Part shown: positions 17,295-28,040 of the stretch, in pieces | How the letters are laid out: every line of letters begins with the position of its first letter | Position numbering within the stretch: the stretch's first letter is position 1 | IMG/VR virus record: IMGVR_UViG_3300037458_000563 | Span: 1 to 45,013 of that record | Source of the DNA: a virus | Taxonomy: Duplodnaviria > Caudoviricetes | DNA length: 45,013 bases | Strand: one strand, 5' to 3' | Notes under the pieces: model-generated | Told to the model about the DNA's origin: nothing | The model's input: only the letters and a program-made list of their open reading frames with translations | Databases searched by the model: none | Program-made: the position numbers and the translations under genes

Positions 17295-18587
17295 TCACAT
17301 CACCGGCAGCGGCTCCTCAACAATCTCCATCTCCCCCGTGCGGATGGCATAGCTGACCCGCGATGTCAGCAGCCCCTCGGCACACCGCCCGTACACCACT
17401 ACATCCGGGTCAGTCTCGGTCGGCAGCACAACCATCGGATAGCGCCCCGCCGAGCTCCCCTGGAAGAAGGTGTCCCGCACCTGCTGGAACTCTGCGTCAT
17501 TGCGGAACCGCCACGACAGCCCCAGCACCCTCCGCGGCCGGGCCGCATGTGAGTACACATACTGTCCGCCCTGCGCCGTCGTGGCCCGCTCCTGCGCGTC
17601 CTGGTACTCGATTGACACGGGATAGTCCGGGGCGCACGTCAGGTCCGCAGACTGCCCCACCACGAGCTCGCCCAGCCAGGGGGCGGCCATCGTGGTGTAC
17701 GTCCCGTAAGCCCCGCCCGGGTAGAAGTAGACCCCGGGGAAGGGGTCATACACCCGGCTCGTGTTCTGAATGGCGCAGGTCTGCGCCTTCAACGCTGCGT
17801 TCGTAGCCGACCCGAAAGAGATGCTGTGGGCCGCCGGAGAATGCCAGTAGCTGGCCCCGTGAGTCTCGAAGGCTAGCCCGGTCGAGGCATCCAGCCCATG
17901 CCCGTGCAATGACACCCAGTCGATGCCGGGGACGAGCAGCACCTCATCGAAATAGCAGGTCGCACCATTGGTGCCCACTTGCAGCAGGATTTCCAGTGTC
18001 GCGGTCGCCCGGCCGATTTCCGCGAAAGTCGGCACCCGGAATGTGACGGGCGTAAAAGCCGTCATGGTGTTGCCCGTCTTATTCATCACAGCTGTGGATG
18101 ATGCGTACCATGTCCCGTCGTCCTTGACGTACTGTCCTGTATCAAGGCATTTGACTCTGACTAGCGCGTAGTTCGTGCCGTCTGACTTCGCGGCGGCCCA
18201 AATCTGAAGGTACTCCCCCGCTTGAACCGTGACACGCTGGTATGCATACCCGCCCGTCACCGTCGCCACCAGCTTGAGAGACTTGCTGCCCTTGTGGTAG
18301 TTCCCCGCTCCAGTCTCGCTAGTCGCCGTGACGCTGTTGGTCGTCCAGCCAGTCGTGCCCTGCTCCATGTCCCCATTAGCCACGAGGCTGTTGGGCCAGG
18401 ACACAAAGAATCCCGTGGTGGCCGCGGACAGCTTCATGGGGAACGCGGAGCGGCCGTCATAGATCGAAGACAGCGGATAGGATGAATCGACCGTGGCCGA
18501 GCAGGCCACCCCGGTAGCACCAGAGCCGTAACCCTGCGCTCGAGCCAGCACGTTCATTAGCGGACCTGCTAGCACCTTGAATGCCAT
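17295..18587 (-). CDS. Minor tail protein with carbohydrate-binding-like domain
   Basis: LVANGDMEQGTTGW...YFDEVLL is a CBM4/9-like pattern; last gene of the tail operon; TAATG coupling. Confidence 0.7.
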   Translation of the reverse strand: MAFKVLAGPLMNVLARAQGYGSGATGVACSATVDSSYPLSSIYDGRSAFPMKLSAATTGFFVSWPNSLVANGDMEQGTTGWTTNSVTATSETGAGNYHKGSKSLKLVATVTGGYAYQRVTVQAGEYLQIWAAAKSDGTNYALVRVKCLDTGQYVKDDGTWYASSTAVMNKTGNTMTAFTPVTFRVPTFAEIGRATATLEILLQVGTNGATCYFDEVLLVPGIDWVSLHGHGLDASTGLAFETHGASYWHSPAAHSISFGSATNAALKAQTCAIQNTSRVYDPFPGVYFYPGGAYGTYTTMAAPWLGELVVGQSADLTCAPDYPVSIEYQDAQERATTAQGGQYVYSHAARPRRVLGLSWRFRNDAEFQQVRDTFFQGSSAGRYPMVVLPTETDPDVVVYGRCAEGLLTSRVSYAIRTGEMEIVEEPLPVM

Positions 18588-20785
18588 TACATCCTCGCCA
18601 TCTCGGCATCGGTCGGACACCGACTGCTAATCGACAGGTTCCCGATGTGCCCGTCAGCGTAGTAGACAGTACGCGGCGGGATTTCGATCTCGACCGCACC
18701 CAGTGAAATTGAGGCGGGCACCGTAGGTGTCAACTCTGTTGCGCTAGTCGACCCGGTACCCCGCACCCCGTCTACCCAGATGTCGAACGCCTGCCCCGCG
18801 AGGTCGTGCTCGTCATCGGCCTCGCTCGTCATTCGGGCCGCGATCCTATATGATGTGCCCGCCTGTGGCAGGGTTGATGCCGCGCTAGACGTTGCGAAGC
18901 TGGCAGATCGCCACACCCAAAGGCCAGACGTGGAATCGGTCCGGTAGTAGTAGCAAAGCAACCCAGCCGGTGAAGGGAAGCCGTTAACCGCGTGCTGTAA
19001 TATCCCGACATACTGCCCGTTAGCAAGGTCAGAGTGCGACCATTGCGGCGAGTAGTCCAGCACGAAGAAACCCCGAGACGCCGGAAAGATTCGATAGTCG
19101 GCCTCGTTGTTTAGGCTAGTCTGGTCTGCAACCCTAGTAACCGCTGCCGTTGTCGTCGGGAGGAGATCCCGCCGGCACCACGAAAACGTCGTACCGAGCT
19201 GGAGCTCTAGCGCATAGATGTGGCCGGTGTTCGCCCCAGTCGCCACGGCGGAGTAGTGCCCCATGTAGACCGTGATGTCGGTTGTTGAGCCGCCGACATC
19301 AATCTGCCCCGACGTATAGCGTGAAATGGTCGACGCCAGAGTGGGGCGAAGATCATGGGCGGATGCCTGCCAGGTTGATCCATTCCAGTAATTCGAGTCG
19401 ACGCCTCTTTTGACTTGGATGAAATAGGCGTCGGCCCCGCTGTCGTTCTTATACCAAGCACGCACGAAGAGTTTAGTGTTTGCGGCAATGCTCGAAACCG
19501 TCTGGCTCAGGTAGCAGTTTTCGCCGCTAGCGGTGGTTGTCGTCTTCGCCGATCGCCGGAATCCGCTCGTATCGATGAGATAGTCCGTCACGTCCTGTGT
19601 GATGGTGGCGGAACCGCTCGTGGTCTTCGTCCAACTCGTGAAGGTATCACTGCTCCCCTGGCTGAAAGTCGAGTCGAGAAGATGGTTCTTGTCAGACCCG
19701 CCCTGGATAAGCAGCCCGTCCTTCGTCAAAAGCGGGCTATCCTGCGCCACCTCTTGATAGAGGCCATCCCCGGGCCGGGGCGCAAATGCCACCTGCGCCC
19801 TACTGGTAGACCATCCTCCACCGAGATGCCACACGGCCAGCCCGGTATTACTCTCATCCACTCCGGTGATGGCGAATGGGCTCCAGAAGTTGACGTACTG
19901 CTCCCGCGGGTCAAGCAGGGTCAGCGTGCGCGTCGGTGGGCTGACATGATCCTCGACCTCGAGACAGTACAGAGGCACATGCTCCCACGACCTCATCCCC
20001 GGAGACCACGGCAGCAGATCGTGTGAGCTCCACACCGTCTGGCCCGGCTCGACCTCCCCGAATTCGTGCGGCACAGCCACCCGCAGCCGGCGCAGGGGCC
20101 GGCGCAGCGTCCGCAGTTGGTGGCTCAGGACGACCCGCACGGGGTCAGTGTAGAGGCCGCTCGGCGTAGTCTCGAGCTCGATGTAGACGCTCGCCCAGTC
20201 CAGCGAAGCCGACGATCCGCCCGTGGTCGCATCGATGCCGCTGCCGTAGCCGCTCGTGGCACTGCTCTCAAATCCCGCCTGGAACGTACCAGACAACAGG
20301 TCGGCACGGGTCCATGCCCCACCCGCGGGCCGGGCCGTCCATGTATAGGTGAGCTTTTGGAATCGCCCCACAGCCGTCTGGGTGTTGCGGTTGCATGTTG
20401 CCGTGATGGTCTGTGTCCCCGTCTGGTACGTCCTCGTGCCGCTTGGGTTGGTGAAGAAAGACAGGGTCGGAGACGAGTCGATTACGGCAGTATTGGCCGA
20501 GGATGTCCTGACCCATGCAACCAGCGTCAGGCTTACAATCGTCACGTTCTGCGGCGGGTCGCCAAAGGTGAACTCGACCCGCCCGTTGTTCCTCGTCCCG
20601 GTGGTGGCTGACGACCGGGCGAAACCATAGTTCGTCTCGTCCAGCGCATCGGCCAGATCATCACACGAGGTCGAGCAGTCCCCGGAATACTCCAGCGAGT
20701 TCCCCGCCGCGAGGTGTGTGCCGTAACCGCTCGTAAGCGTCCAAGAGCAGGCGTGTGCCTTCGGGTACATCCGTTGGAGCGCCAC
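18587..20785 (-). CDS. Minor tail / receptor-binding protein (CBM-like and LamG-like C-terminus)
   Basis: 732 aa, Thr/Ser-rich; PTTTAAVTRVAD and IWVDG motifs; position after the hub gene. Confidence 0.7.
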   Translation of the reverse strand: MALQRMYPKAHACSWTLTSGYGTHLAAGNSLEYSGDCSTSCDDLADALDETNYGFARSSATTGTRNNGRVEFTFGDPPQNVTIVSLTLVAWVRTSSANTAVIDSSPTLSFFTNPSGTRTYQTGTQTITATCNRNTQTAVGRFQKLTYTWTARPAGGAWTRADLLSGTFQAGFESSATSGYGSGIDATTGGSSASLDWASVYIELETTPSGLYTDPVRVVLSHQLRTLRRPLRRLRVAVPHEFGEVEPGQTVWSSHDLLPWSPGMRSWEHVPLYCLEVEDHVSPPTRTLTLLDPREQYVNFWSPFAITGVDESNTGLAVWHLGGGWSTSRAQVAFAPRPGDGLYQEVAQDSPLLTKDGLLIQGGSDKNHLLDSTFSQGSSDTFTSWTKTTSGSATITQDVTDYLIDTSGFRRSAKTTTTASGENCYLSQTVSSIAANTKLFVRAWYKNDSGADAYFIQVKRGVDSNYWNGSTWQASAHDLRPTLASTISRYTSGQIDVGGSTTDITVYMGHYSAVATGANTGHIYALELQLGTTFSWCRRDLLPTTTAAVTRVADQTSLNNEADYRIFPASRGFFVLDYSPQWSHSDLANGQYVGILQHAVNGFPSPAGLLCYYYRTDSTSGLWVWRSASFATSSAASTLPQAGTSYRIAARMTSEADDEHDLAGQAFDIWVDGVRGTGSTSATELTPTVPASISLGAVEIEIPPRTVYYADGHIGNLSISSRCPTDAEMARM

Positions 20786-22152
20786 TAGACAGCCCTCCGC
20801 ACGCAGTCCTTCAACTCGACCAGTGTAGACACGCTCGGCGTTACTGTGGGGTCGTGTACCGCCATGCTCGCCACATACTGCTGCTGCACCTCGTCGTACA
20901 GGTAAGACCCCAGGAACTCGGACGTAACGTCCGTGGCGTCGAGGTCATACTCCGCGGACCCCTCCAGTTCATGCGCCGGCTCAAGCACTGGGGCATCGGT
21001 GCTCGCCCGATACCCCGGGAATGCCAGATCGAACACCCGCAGGGCGAGCCTGCCCGAGGCTGTCCAGTAAGCCCGGAAGCAGGGCCAGCTTGCCAGCCAC
21101 TCGTCCAGCACATCCCACACTTGGAGGGGCATGGCGTCCCCCCCGACGTAAAGCGTCCCCTCGAGCAGTTGCCGCTCGGCCCACTGGGCACACTCGGCCC
21201 AGGACTCCGCGTCGATCAGGGATGAGTCCGCCGTGCCGTACCACGCGCCGGTCAGCCAGTTCGTCTCTGCGAAGTTGATCAGGAGGTGGCGCATCTGCTC
21301 GACGGGGTTGGTGATCTGGACACCAGTGGGGGCGGTCGTTCCGGACCCCGTGTTGCCAGTGACCTCGTAGCCCTTCACGTCCGCAGTGACCACGGCATCG
21401 GCCGCCTTAGACGAGACGAAGGTGATGACGGTGGACATCTTCCCGGCGACCGAGGTGCTATAGGACAGGGTGTAGTCCGTGGTAATCGTCTGGCTGGCCC
21501 CATTCACATACACCGCCAGCACCTCCTTGGCCTGGCCGGCGCAGACGAGATACTTGTACGTCCCATCCTCCGCGACCTCATAGACGGGGATGCACTTGAC
21601 CATGCCCGTCCCGCTTAGGCCGCTTGAATTGTGGGTGCCATAGATGATCGGGGCATACAGGCCCAGCGAGGGGGTAGGAGCCCCCGGCCAGTCAGACTTG
21701 GAAATCGACCAATTGGGGACGTAGTCCCGCAGCGCCCCGTCGTCTGCCCGCAGCGTCAGCAGCACCACGCCGGAACGGTAGCCCCACCGCTCGAGGACCC
21801 CGGTGAATACGGTTCTGGAGTTGGTCGCGTCGCCCGGGAAGACGTGATAGATCGTCGCCGCGCTCCCCCGCTGCTGCCCGTTCTCGATGGCGTCTCGGAT
21901 GGTGCCGTCGTCGTCGGCCACGAGCACATCGATCTCGGCCGGCTGGAGGTCAGATGCCCTGATCTGGAATCCCCGCCGGGTCGAGCCCCACTCGACCACG
22001 TTGGGGTGGTATGCCTTGCCCAGTGCAGACGCTACGCCGCCAGACAGGTAGAGGTTGGTGGTCGAGCCCCAGACGGCAGCGTCGAGCGTGCCGTCATTGA
22101 GGACGATCTCGAGCACCGGGGCCAGGTCGGTGCCCTGATCGGTCCAACTCAT
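20785..22152 (-). CDS. Tail tip/baseplate hub-like protein
   Basis: Follows the tape measure gene; APIIYG and TNPVEQMRHLL motifs. Confidence 0.7.
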   Translation of the reverse strand: MSWTDQGTDLAPVLEIVLNDGTLDAAVWGSTTNLYLSGGVASALGKAYHPNVVEWGSTRRGFQIRASDLQPAEIDVLVADDDGTIRDAIENGQQRGSAATIYHVFPGDATNSRTVFTGVLERWGYRSGVVLLTLRADDGALRDYVPNWSISKSDWPGAPTPSLGLYAPIIYGTHNSSGLSGTGMVKCIPVYEVAEDGTYKYLVCAGQAKEVLAVYVNGASQTITTDYTLSYSTSVAGKMSTVITFVSSKAADAVVTADVKGYEVTGNTGSGTTAPTGVQITNPVEQMRHLLINFAETNWLTGAWYGTADSSLIDAESWAECAQWAERQLLEGTLYVGGDAMPLQVWDVLDEWLASWPCFRAYWTASGRLALRVFDLAFPGYRASTDAPVLEPAHELEGSAEYDLDATDVTSEFLGSYLYDEVQQQYVASMAVHDPTVTPSVSTLVELKDCVRRAV

Positions 22153-24650
22153 CGGCCGCCCGCCACCGCGAGCCGGGTGTCGTACCGGACGCCAGAGTTA
22201 GCCCGGAGGAGCTTCCGCATCGTGCGCTCCACCCGCCGGTCGAATGCATACTCAGTCTCACGGGTCGTGCCGAGGCTGCGGCTGATAGTCACGTTAACGG
22301 GCCGCCCCACAGACAGCGGACTCGGCTTGTCCAGCGGGATGACAGCCTCGCGCCCGTGGAGGGGCACCCAGGTGCCGCGGCCGAAGTCTCCTATCCCGCC
22401 GCTCGCAAACCCCTCCCGGCCGGCCATGATCTTCAGATAGTCCCGGCTTTCCTTGAGCACCTCGAGCTGTGTCGGGAGCACCTCGATGCCGGCCGCTTCC
22501 ATCGCGGCCTTCAAGTCCTCTGGCATCTCCTGCCCCGTCGCCGCATACGCCTGAGCCAGCGCGGTAAGCTGGTCGGCCATTGACTGGGCCGCCAGTGCCT
22601 CGTCCATGCCCTGCCCCTTGAGCTCGGCCAGGGTCTGCCGGGCAATGGTGGTCGAGTCATTCACGAAGCCCTTGTCCACATAGCCGGCATCCATCGCACC
22701 TCGGAGCAACTGCCCAGCACCCTGGCTCACCCCGAGCAGGGCGCGGGTCTTGGGGTCATTGGTGATGTCGAACATCTGGCCGATGCGGCCCAGCCCCATC
22801 TTGGTGGGGTCGATGCCCAGCTTAATAAGCTGATCGTGCATCTTCTCCCACGCCGGGCGCAGGCCCTCGATACCGGCGATGCCCTGCTTGCGGAACGTCT
22901 CCCAGAACGTCGCCCCGAAGAGCCCCGCGGCTGCGGCGGCGACGTTGGGGTCCGAGAAGGTGTTGACGATCTTGCCCGCAGCGTCGGTATAGGTCAGGTT
23001 GTCGATGAGCCCGGAGATGCCGCCCTGCGCCGTCTGGAGTCCGGCGGCCTGACGCTGCCGCTTCTCCTCCTCGGCCCGCTTGCGCTCCTCCTCGGCCGCC
23101 TTCTTGGCCTCCCGCTCGGCTTGCTTCTCGGCCTCGGACTTGCCCCCGAATAGCCCCTTGATGCCACCCCACAGGGACTTCCCGATCGACAGGGCGCTGC
23201 CCACGATGCCGCCAATGCCGGTGATCTTCCCCAGCAGGCCCATGAAGCCGCCCTGAGCCGACCCCATCTTGAACGCCTGGATACCCGACATCAGCCCGCC
23301 GATGCCGGACGCAATGCTCGCCGCGAAGTTGGCGATCTTCCCCGCCAGCCCGCCCGTCAGATCCCCGAGTGCCTGGAGTTGTGTGGATAGCGCGGTCAGG
23401 GGGCCGGACCAGTCGGTGATGGACTGCGTCGTTTCCTTCACCACATCATTAGTGCGGGTTAGCTGATTGTCGAACTTCGACCAGTCCCCGATGTTGAACT
23501 TGGTTTGGCCCGGGACGGTGGGAGCGAGCCCGGCCAGCCGGTTGCCATCCTTGACGTTGAGGATCTGGTAAGACTTGATACTGCTGGTCAGCGGGCCGGC
23601 CAATTCCTTCTCGATTGCCTTGGCAGTCTTCTCGATGGCTGCCGTGAGCCTCTTGGACTCCTTACCCGCATCTCCGAAGTTCTGGTCCATCTCCTTCCAT
23701 GCCTTCATGGGGTCGGAGAGGTCGAGCTCCGGGGCAGACCTGCCGAAGCCGCCGCCGGCCACCTTCGGCCCGCTGCTGATCATCGTGGCGAGCATCCGCA
23801 GCCCACCCACCGGAGAGTTGGCCCCGGTGAGCCCAGCCATCCGGGTCATCATCTCGATCCACAGCTTAAACGCAGGCTGATTATCCTTGATCGCCTGCGC
23901 CACCTCCGAGATGGACATGGCGAGATCGTTTGTCCCCTCCACGATGGCCGGGGTTTGCGCCACGCTCGCCAACATCTGATTCTGGAGATCCTCCCATGCC
24001 CCAGAAAGGTCATCCACCGCGTTGTCCACTTTCACAAGCGCGGCAACCTGATCATCGGACAGCGTGACCTGGAGTTCCTGCGAAGCGTCGGCGATAGACC
24101 CCATCACCGGCAGCAACTCTGCCCCGGCACGCCCGAACGCAGCCATAGCCGCCGCGGCACGCTGGGTCGGGTCTTCCATTGCCCTGATCTGGCGAGCGAG
24201 TTCCTGAAACTGCTCCTCAGGTTTCATCCCAGCCAGCCGCCCGACCTCTAGCCCATACTTTTGGAGAGTGGATGTGTTGCCCACGAGGTTGCGCTGCATG
24301 ATCGAGATAGATCGGGTCATCTGATCGAGAGATAGCCCGCTATTCTTCGCCACACGCTCGAGCCGCTGAAGAGCCTCGACGGCCATCCCCGTTTTGGCAG
24401 AGGCATTGGACAGCCGCTCTGCCGCCTCGGCGGCCCGCAGCACAGCCGCCGTCAGCGCACTAGCTGCACCCGTCACCGCCCCGATGGACGCCACCCCGGC
24501 AGCCCACTTGCCAATCGCCCCCGACACCTTGTCCAGCGAGGTACTGGTAGCCTTGGCCTTCTTGTCCACGCCCTCGAGCGCATTGCCCAGCTTGCCGAGG
24601 ACGACCTCACCGTTGGACCTGACCTCGACGTTAATGGCTACGTTTGCCAT
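22149..24650 (-). CDS. Tail tape measure protein
   Basis: 833 aa, Ala/Gly-rich helical, follows the chaperone pair; C-terminal FASGG...LHGREAVIPL. Confidence 0.9.
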   Translation of the reverse strand: MANVAINVEVRSNGEVVLGKLGNALEGVDKKAKATSTSLDKVSGAIGKWAAGVASIGAVTGAASALTAAVLRAAEAAERLSNASAKTGMAVEALQRLERVAKNSGLSLDQMTRSISIMQRNLVGNTSTLQKYGLEVGRLAGMKPEEQFQELARQIRAMEDPTQRAAAAMAAFGRAGAELLPVMGSIADASQELQVTLSDDQVAALVKVDNAVDDLSGAWEDLQNQMLASVAQTPAIVEGTNDLAMSISEVAQAIKDNQPAFKLWIEMMTRMAGLTGANSPVGGLRMLATMISSGPKVAGGGFGRSAPELDLSDPMKAWKEMDQNFGDAGKESKRLTAAIEKTAKAIEKELAGPLTSSIKSYQILNVKDGNRLAGLAPTVPGQTKFNIGDWSKFDNQLTRTNDVVKETTQSITDWSGPLTALSTQLQALGDLTGGLAGKIANFAASIASGIGGLMSGIQAFKMGSAQGGFMGLLGKITGIGGIVGSALSIGKSLWGGIKGLFGGKSEAEKQAEREAKKAAEEERKRAEEEKRQRQAAGLQTAQGGISGLIDNLTYTDAAGKIVNTFSDPNVAAAAAGLFGATFWETFRKQGIAGIEGLRPAWEKMHDQLIKLGIDPTKMGLGRIGQMFDITNDPKTRALLGVSQGAGQLLRGAMDAGYVDKGFVNDSTTIARQTLAELKGQGMDEALAAQSMADQLTALAQAYAATGQEMPEDLKAAMEAAGIEVLPTQLEVLKESRDYLKIMAGREGFASGGIGDFGRGTWVPLHGREAVIPLDKPSPLSVGRPVNVTISRSLGTTRETEYAFDRRVERTMRKLLRANSGVRYDTRLAVAGGR

Positions 24651-24652
24651 CT

Positions 24653-25060
24653 CTACCGCTCCTTGCCGAAGTCAGGGTGCAGCCGTGACGTAATCTCGCT
24701 CGAGCGCAGGGCATTGCCGACCCGGGCCAGCAACGCAGCCCGGTCCTCGTCCGGCCACCGCGCCAGTAACGCCTTGGCATACTCGGCAGCCAGCGGCTTG
24801 AGGTCGTCGTGGATCATCCAACCCATCAGAGACATGGCCTCGATGTTTCGCGGGTCGATCTCGACTCTGGGGCAGGGCCGACCAAGGGACGAGAGCATCC
24901 GGGCCGATGCTGCCTCGCTGATGCATTTGCCCTCGTCCCCACCGTTCACCTCACATGCCCGACACCGCTCCTCGATCGACCCGTACGTCCTGCCCGACTC
25001 ATTCGCCGGAATCTCCCGCGTGTCGAAGTGCCACACCCAGGCTTCGACTAGGTTTTTCCC
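24653..25060 (-). CDS. Tail assembly chaperone T segment (reached by -1 frameshift)
   Basis: The -1 frame is open across the slippery site: GKNLVEAWVWHF... Confidence 0.75.
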   Translation of the reverse strand, partial: GKNLVEAWVWHFDTREIPANESGRTYGSIEERCRACEVNGGDEGKCISEAASARMLSSLGRPCPRVEIDPRNIEAMSLMGWMIHDDLKPLAAEYAKALLARWPDEDRAALLARVGNALRSSEITSRLHPDFGKER

Positions 25061-25494
25061 AGCGCGGCCTCCTCCTCGGTGGCCTTGGTGGTCAGGGTCT
25101 GCGCCTGCTCGACAATCCAGCCGGCGAGGCTCAAGACCTCGGACAGCACAGCCGCCTTGACCTCGGCAGTCCACTTGCCGTCAAGCCTGACCATGCCTTC
25201 CGCGTCGGCCTCGAAGTCGCCGCACCCCTTGACGAGCTCATGGGGGACGAGAGCATTGCGACTGTCCACGAGTGCATATCGGGCGAGTTCCTGGCTGTGC
25301 GCCTGAGCCGCCTCGATGTTCGTCTCGGAGATGATTGCGCCGTCCTTCCGGCGCACCTCGGCCCGCTTGCCGAAGTGCCGAAAGTAGGATTCCTTCTCTA
25401 GCCCGGTGGGGATGCGGCGCACCTTGAACGCCGCATCCCCTGCGAAGTCGAACCACTTCCCGTCGAACGATCCGGCCTTGATCAGTTCCACCAT
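25048..25494 (-). CDS. Tail assembly chaperone G
   Basis: Lies between the tail tube and tape measure genes and ends in the slippery site. Confidence 0.8.
   Translation of the reverse strand: MVELIKAGSFDGKWFDFAGDAAFKVRRIPTGLEKESYFRHFGKRAEVRRKDGAIISETNIEAAQAHSQELARYALVDSRNALVPHELVKGCGDFEADAEGMVRLDGKWTAEVKAAVLSEVLSLAGWIVEQAQTLTTKATEEEAALGKT
25054..25060 (-). other. Programmed -1 ribosomal frameshift site GGGAAAA
   Basis: CTG GGA AAA ACC TAG at the end of chaperone G gives an X XXY YYZ heptamer, as in lambda G/GT. Confidence 0.85.
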
Positions 25495-25564
25495 TCACTC
25501 CATGAAACTGCCGGGCCACCTGTCATCACGACGGGAGCCGAGCATCTGGTTAGATTTCTAGCCC

Positions 25565-26650
25565 TTAGGCCAGAGCATCCGTGCTCCGCTTGCTGAAGAC
25601 CTCGTAAGTGAGCGCCCCGGTGTAGCCGGCCGAGAAGCCGGTGGGGATCGTAGCCACACCGAACGACTCGAACGGTTGCGACCACGTCTGCCCCTCAGGG
25701 CCGGGGATACCAGGCTTGCCCTCGCCCAGCACGACGTAGGGTAGCCACAGGACGTGCTGCATGTACTGCGTGCTCGCGCCGGCCAGCGTGGCCCCGGTCA
25801 GCTTGATCTTGACCTTCTTGGCCGTCGCCGCAGTGCCGGCAAAGGCAAGCTGGTCGGACGCCAGCGAGGACGAACCACCCGTGCCCGTGTTAACGTCGGG
25901 GAACTCGAAGGAGCCCGTCACCTTCATGAAGTCCGTCTCAATGGGCTCGCTGATCTTGTCCCCGCGCTCGGTGGAGAAACGCCCCTCCATCGCACGGTCC
26001 ACGTTGATCTCGAAGCCGGTGACGTAGACCAGGTCGGTCCCGCCGAAGTCGGCACCGTTCTGCGCGTTGATGTTGACGACCGCGTGCTTGAAGAGCGCCC
26101 ACTCCAGGTTACTGGACAGGGTCACGTTGTCAATGGTCGTCGTGGTGTTGGTGCTCGAGGTGCCGTACTTGTAGTCGTCCCCGATGCCACGGAACTCGAT
26201 CTCGATGGGCCGCCCCTGCCGACCGCGCAGGGTGAAGCCGGTCCACTTGACCGAGGGCACCTCGACAACCGTGGTGTCCTTGATCAGCTCATAGGCCACC
26301 GTCGAGAAGATGCCATCAATCTGGTTGTTGATCTTGAGGACGTGCTGCTTGCCCGACGTGTCCACGGTGCTCGGAGCGCCAGCCGTGCCGAGGACGAACG
26401 CCAGCAGGGGCTCGAGCCCCTCGTAGCGCAGGTCGGTTGCCAGCGAGACGGACACGGACTTGTTGCCCGGGACCGGAGCCAGAGCCGTCACGGACCCCGA
26501 GATGCCCCGGATGGGCTCGATGACCAGATTGCCCGGGGTGTCGATCGAGCGGACATAGACGCCGTCCGTCGCCCCGGCCGCGACGGCCGTGCCCCAGGTG
26601 GTAGCCTTCTTGACTCCGACGATGCCCTGGAAACCCTTTGCGCGGGCCAT
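25565..26650 (-). CDS. Major tail tube protein
   Basis: 361 aa, K.TTWGT N-terminus, beta-rich, canonical position. Confidence 0.8.
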   Translation of the reverse strand: MARAKGFQGIVGVKKATTWGTAVAAGATDGVYVRSIDTPGNLVIEPIRGISGSVTALAPVPGNKSVSVSLATDLRYEGLEPLLAFVLGTAGAPSTVDTSGKQHVLKINNQIDGIFSTVAYELIKDTTVVEVPSVKWTGFTLRGRQGRPIEIEFRGIGDDYKYGTSSTNTTTTIDNVTLSSNLEWALFKHAVVNINAQNGADFGGTDLVYVTGFEINVDRAMEGRFSTERGDKISEPIETDFMKVTGSFEFPDVNTGTGGSSSLASDQLAFAGTAATAKKVKIKLTGATLAGASTQYMQHVLWLPYVVLGEGKPGIPGPEGQTWSQPFESFGVATIPTGFSAGYTGALTYEVFSKRSTDALA

Positions 26651-26655
26651 ATTCC

Positions 26656-26826
26656 CTACTCCTCCCCGCCCTTAGTACGCCGACGAGGAGCCGGGGCGGC
26701 AGGCTCCACGGGCACCAGTCCAAGCGCAGTCAGCGCACTGACGGCATCGTCGGGATAGTCAGCCTCTCCCGACTTGATCAGCAGCCCCGTGGCGGGGTGG
26801 ATCTGATCGTCTCCGGCCCACAGCAT
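26656..26826 (-). CDS. Hypothetical protein
   Basis: MLWAGDDQIHP...; small ORF before the tail tube gene. Confidence 0.5.
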   Translation of the reverse strand: MLWAGDDQIHPATGLLIKSGEADYPDDAVSALTALGLVPVEPAAPAPRRRTKGGEE

Positions 26827-26828
26827 CC

Positions 26829-26987
26829 TCAAGCCGTCCTCCTCGCCCGAATGCGGGCCTTTAGCGCGATGTGCTGCTGCTCCAAGATCGCCTCTTCTTC
26901 GTCTTCCGGCTCCTCCGCAAAGACCTCCTCGGTCAGCGCGGCCACCTGCTCCTCGAGCGCCCGGACACGCTCCTCGAGCTCCGTCAT
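26829..26987 (-). CDS. Small acidic coiled-coil protein
   Basis: ATGA-coupled MTELEERVRALEEQVAALTEE... Confidence 0.55.
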   Translation of the reverse strand: MTELEERVRALEEQVAALTEEVFAEEPEDEEEAILEQQHIALKARIRARRTA

Positions 26988-27475
26988 GGCGTCTCCACGA
27001 AGTCGTACGACACGACAAAGCGGAGCTCGGCGATGGCCCAGTTGGGCAGATACCTGTCGCGGTCGATCACCAGCGAGCCGAGGGCGACGTTGCGGGTCAG
27101 CCCCCCGAGCGTCACGTCAGACAGCAGCCGCCGGACAGCGTCACGGATCAGACGGTTCGCCACCTGCCACCGCGTCGGCTCCTGCTCGAGGATGGGGCTT
27201 TCGGTCGGGGCGTTGTGCTGCCGGGCCACGATCACGAAGAATTCGGCCTCGGCACCAGCCCATCCAGACGTGCCCTCCTCCGTGATCGTCTCGTCCCCGG
27301 GGCGCAGCAGGTACACCGTCTGATAGTTGCGGTCGAGCCCCTGCTCGTCCGGCCAGAACGTGACACGGGCGACGAGGTCGGGCGCATACCAGTACGTCGC
27401 CCCGGCGTCGTCCACGATGCCCTCAAACAGCGTCTTGAGGGCTGCCGCTATCTGCTCGTGCTTGGACTCAGCCAC
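26984..27475 (-). CDS. Tail terminator/completion protein
   Basis: EQIAAALK...LLSDVTLGGL motif and position. Confidence 0.7.
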   Translation of the reverse strand: MAESKHEQIAAALKTLFEGIVDDAGATYWYAPDLVARVTFWPDEQGLDRNYQTVYLLRPGDETITEEGTSGWAGAEAEFFVIVARQHNAPTESPILEQEPTRWQVANRLIRDAVRRLLSDVTLGGLTRNVALGSLVIDRDRYLPNWAIAELRFVVSYDFVETP

Positions 27476-28040
27476 CGATAGCCCCAGCCATGAAGTCGTT
27501 CATGTCCCGCTTGACCTCCCCGCCGATCTGCCCCTCGTGGTGGCGCAGTGCGGGCTCGAGCGCCGGCCGGCGGGGCACACGGCCGCCGGGGTGCCGCTTG
27601 TGCGGCTTGAACGGCTGCCCGGCCTCGAGGTTGCCCGCCACGCCCCGGGCCTGCACGGCCGAGCGCCAGGTGTTCCCGGTCCACCGGGACTTCCCCAGGT
27701 GGACGATCAGGGGGATTCCAGACCCACCCTTAGACCGGACACGGGCCGCCTTGTCTGACCCACGTCGCCAGTCCCGATGATATGTAGACCACTTGCCACC
27801 CGTGCGGTTATACCACTTGGTGCGAGACGACAGCCCGAGAGACGCCAGGGTGTGCTTGCGGCCGGTCCAGAATGCCCCACCCCACAGCTTGCGCCCGATG
27901 GTCGAGCCGCTGGTGTACTCCCCCTGCGCCGCCTTGACCACACGACGCAGCACCCGCCGGGCAGCGTTGGCCGCCACCCGCTTCTGGTCCCGCCCCACCT
28001 GCTTCAGACGGGCCGCCATCAGGGCGCACGTCTCAGCCAC
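27468..28040 (-). CDS. Neck/tail completion protein (HK97 gp10-like)
   Basis: Basic protein with HPG...PRRPALEPAL; position. Confidence 0.65.
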   Translation of the reverse strand: MAETCALMAARLKQVGRDQKRVAANAARRVLRRVVKAAQGEYTSGSTIGRKLWGGAFWTGRKHTLASLGLSSRTKWYNRTGGKWSTYHRDWRRGSDKAARVRSKGGSGIPLIVHLGKSRWTGNTWRSAVQARGVAGNLEAGQPFKPHKRHPGGRVPRRPALEPALRHHEGQIGGEVKRDMNDFMAGAIGG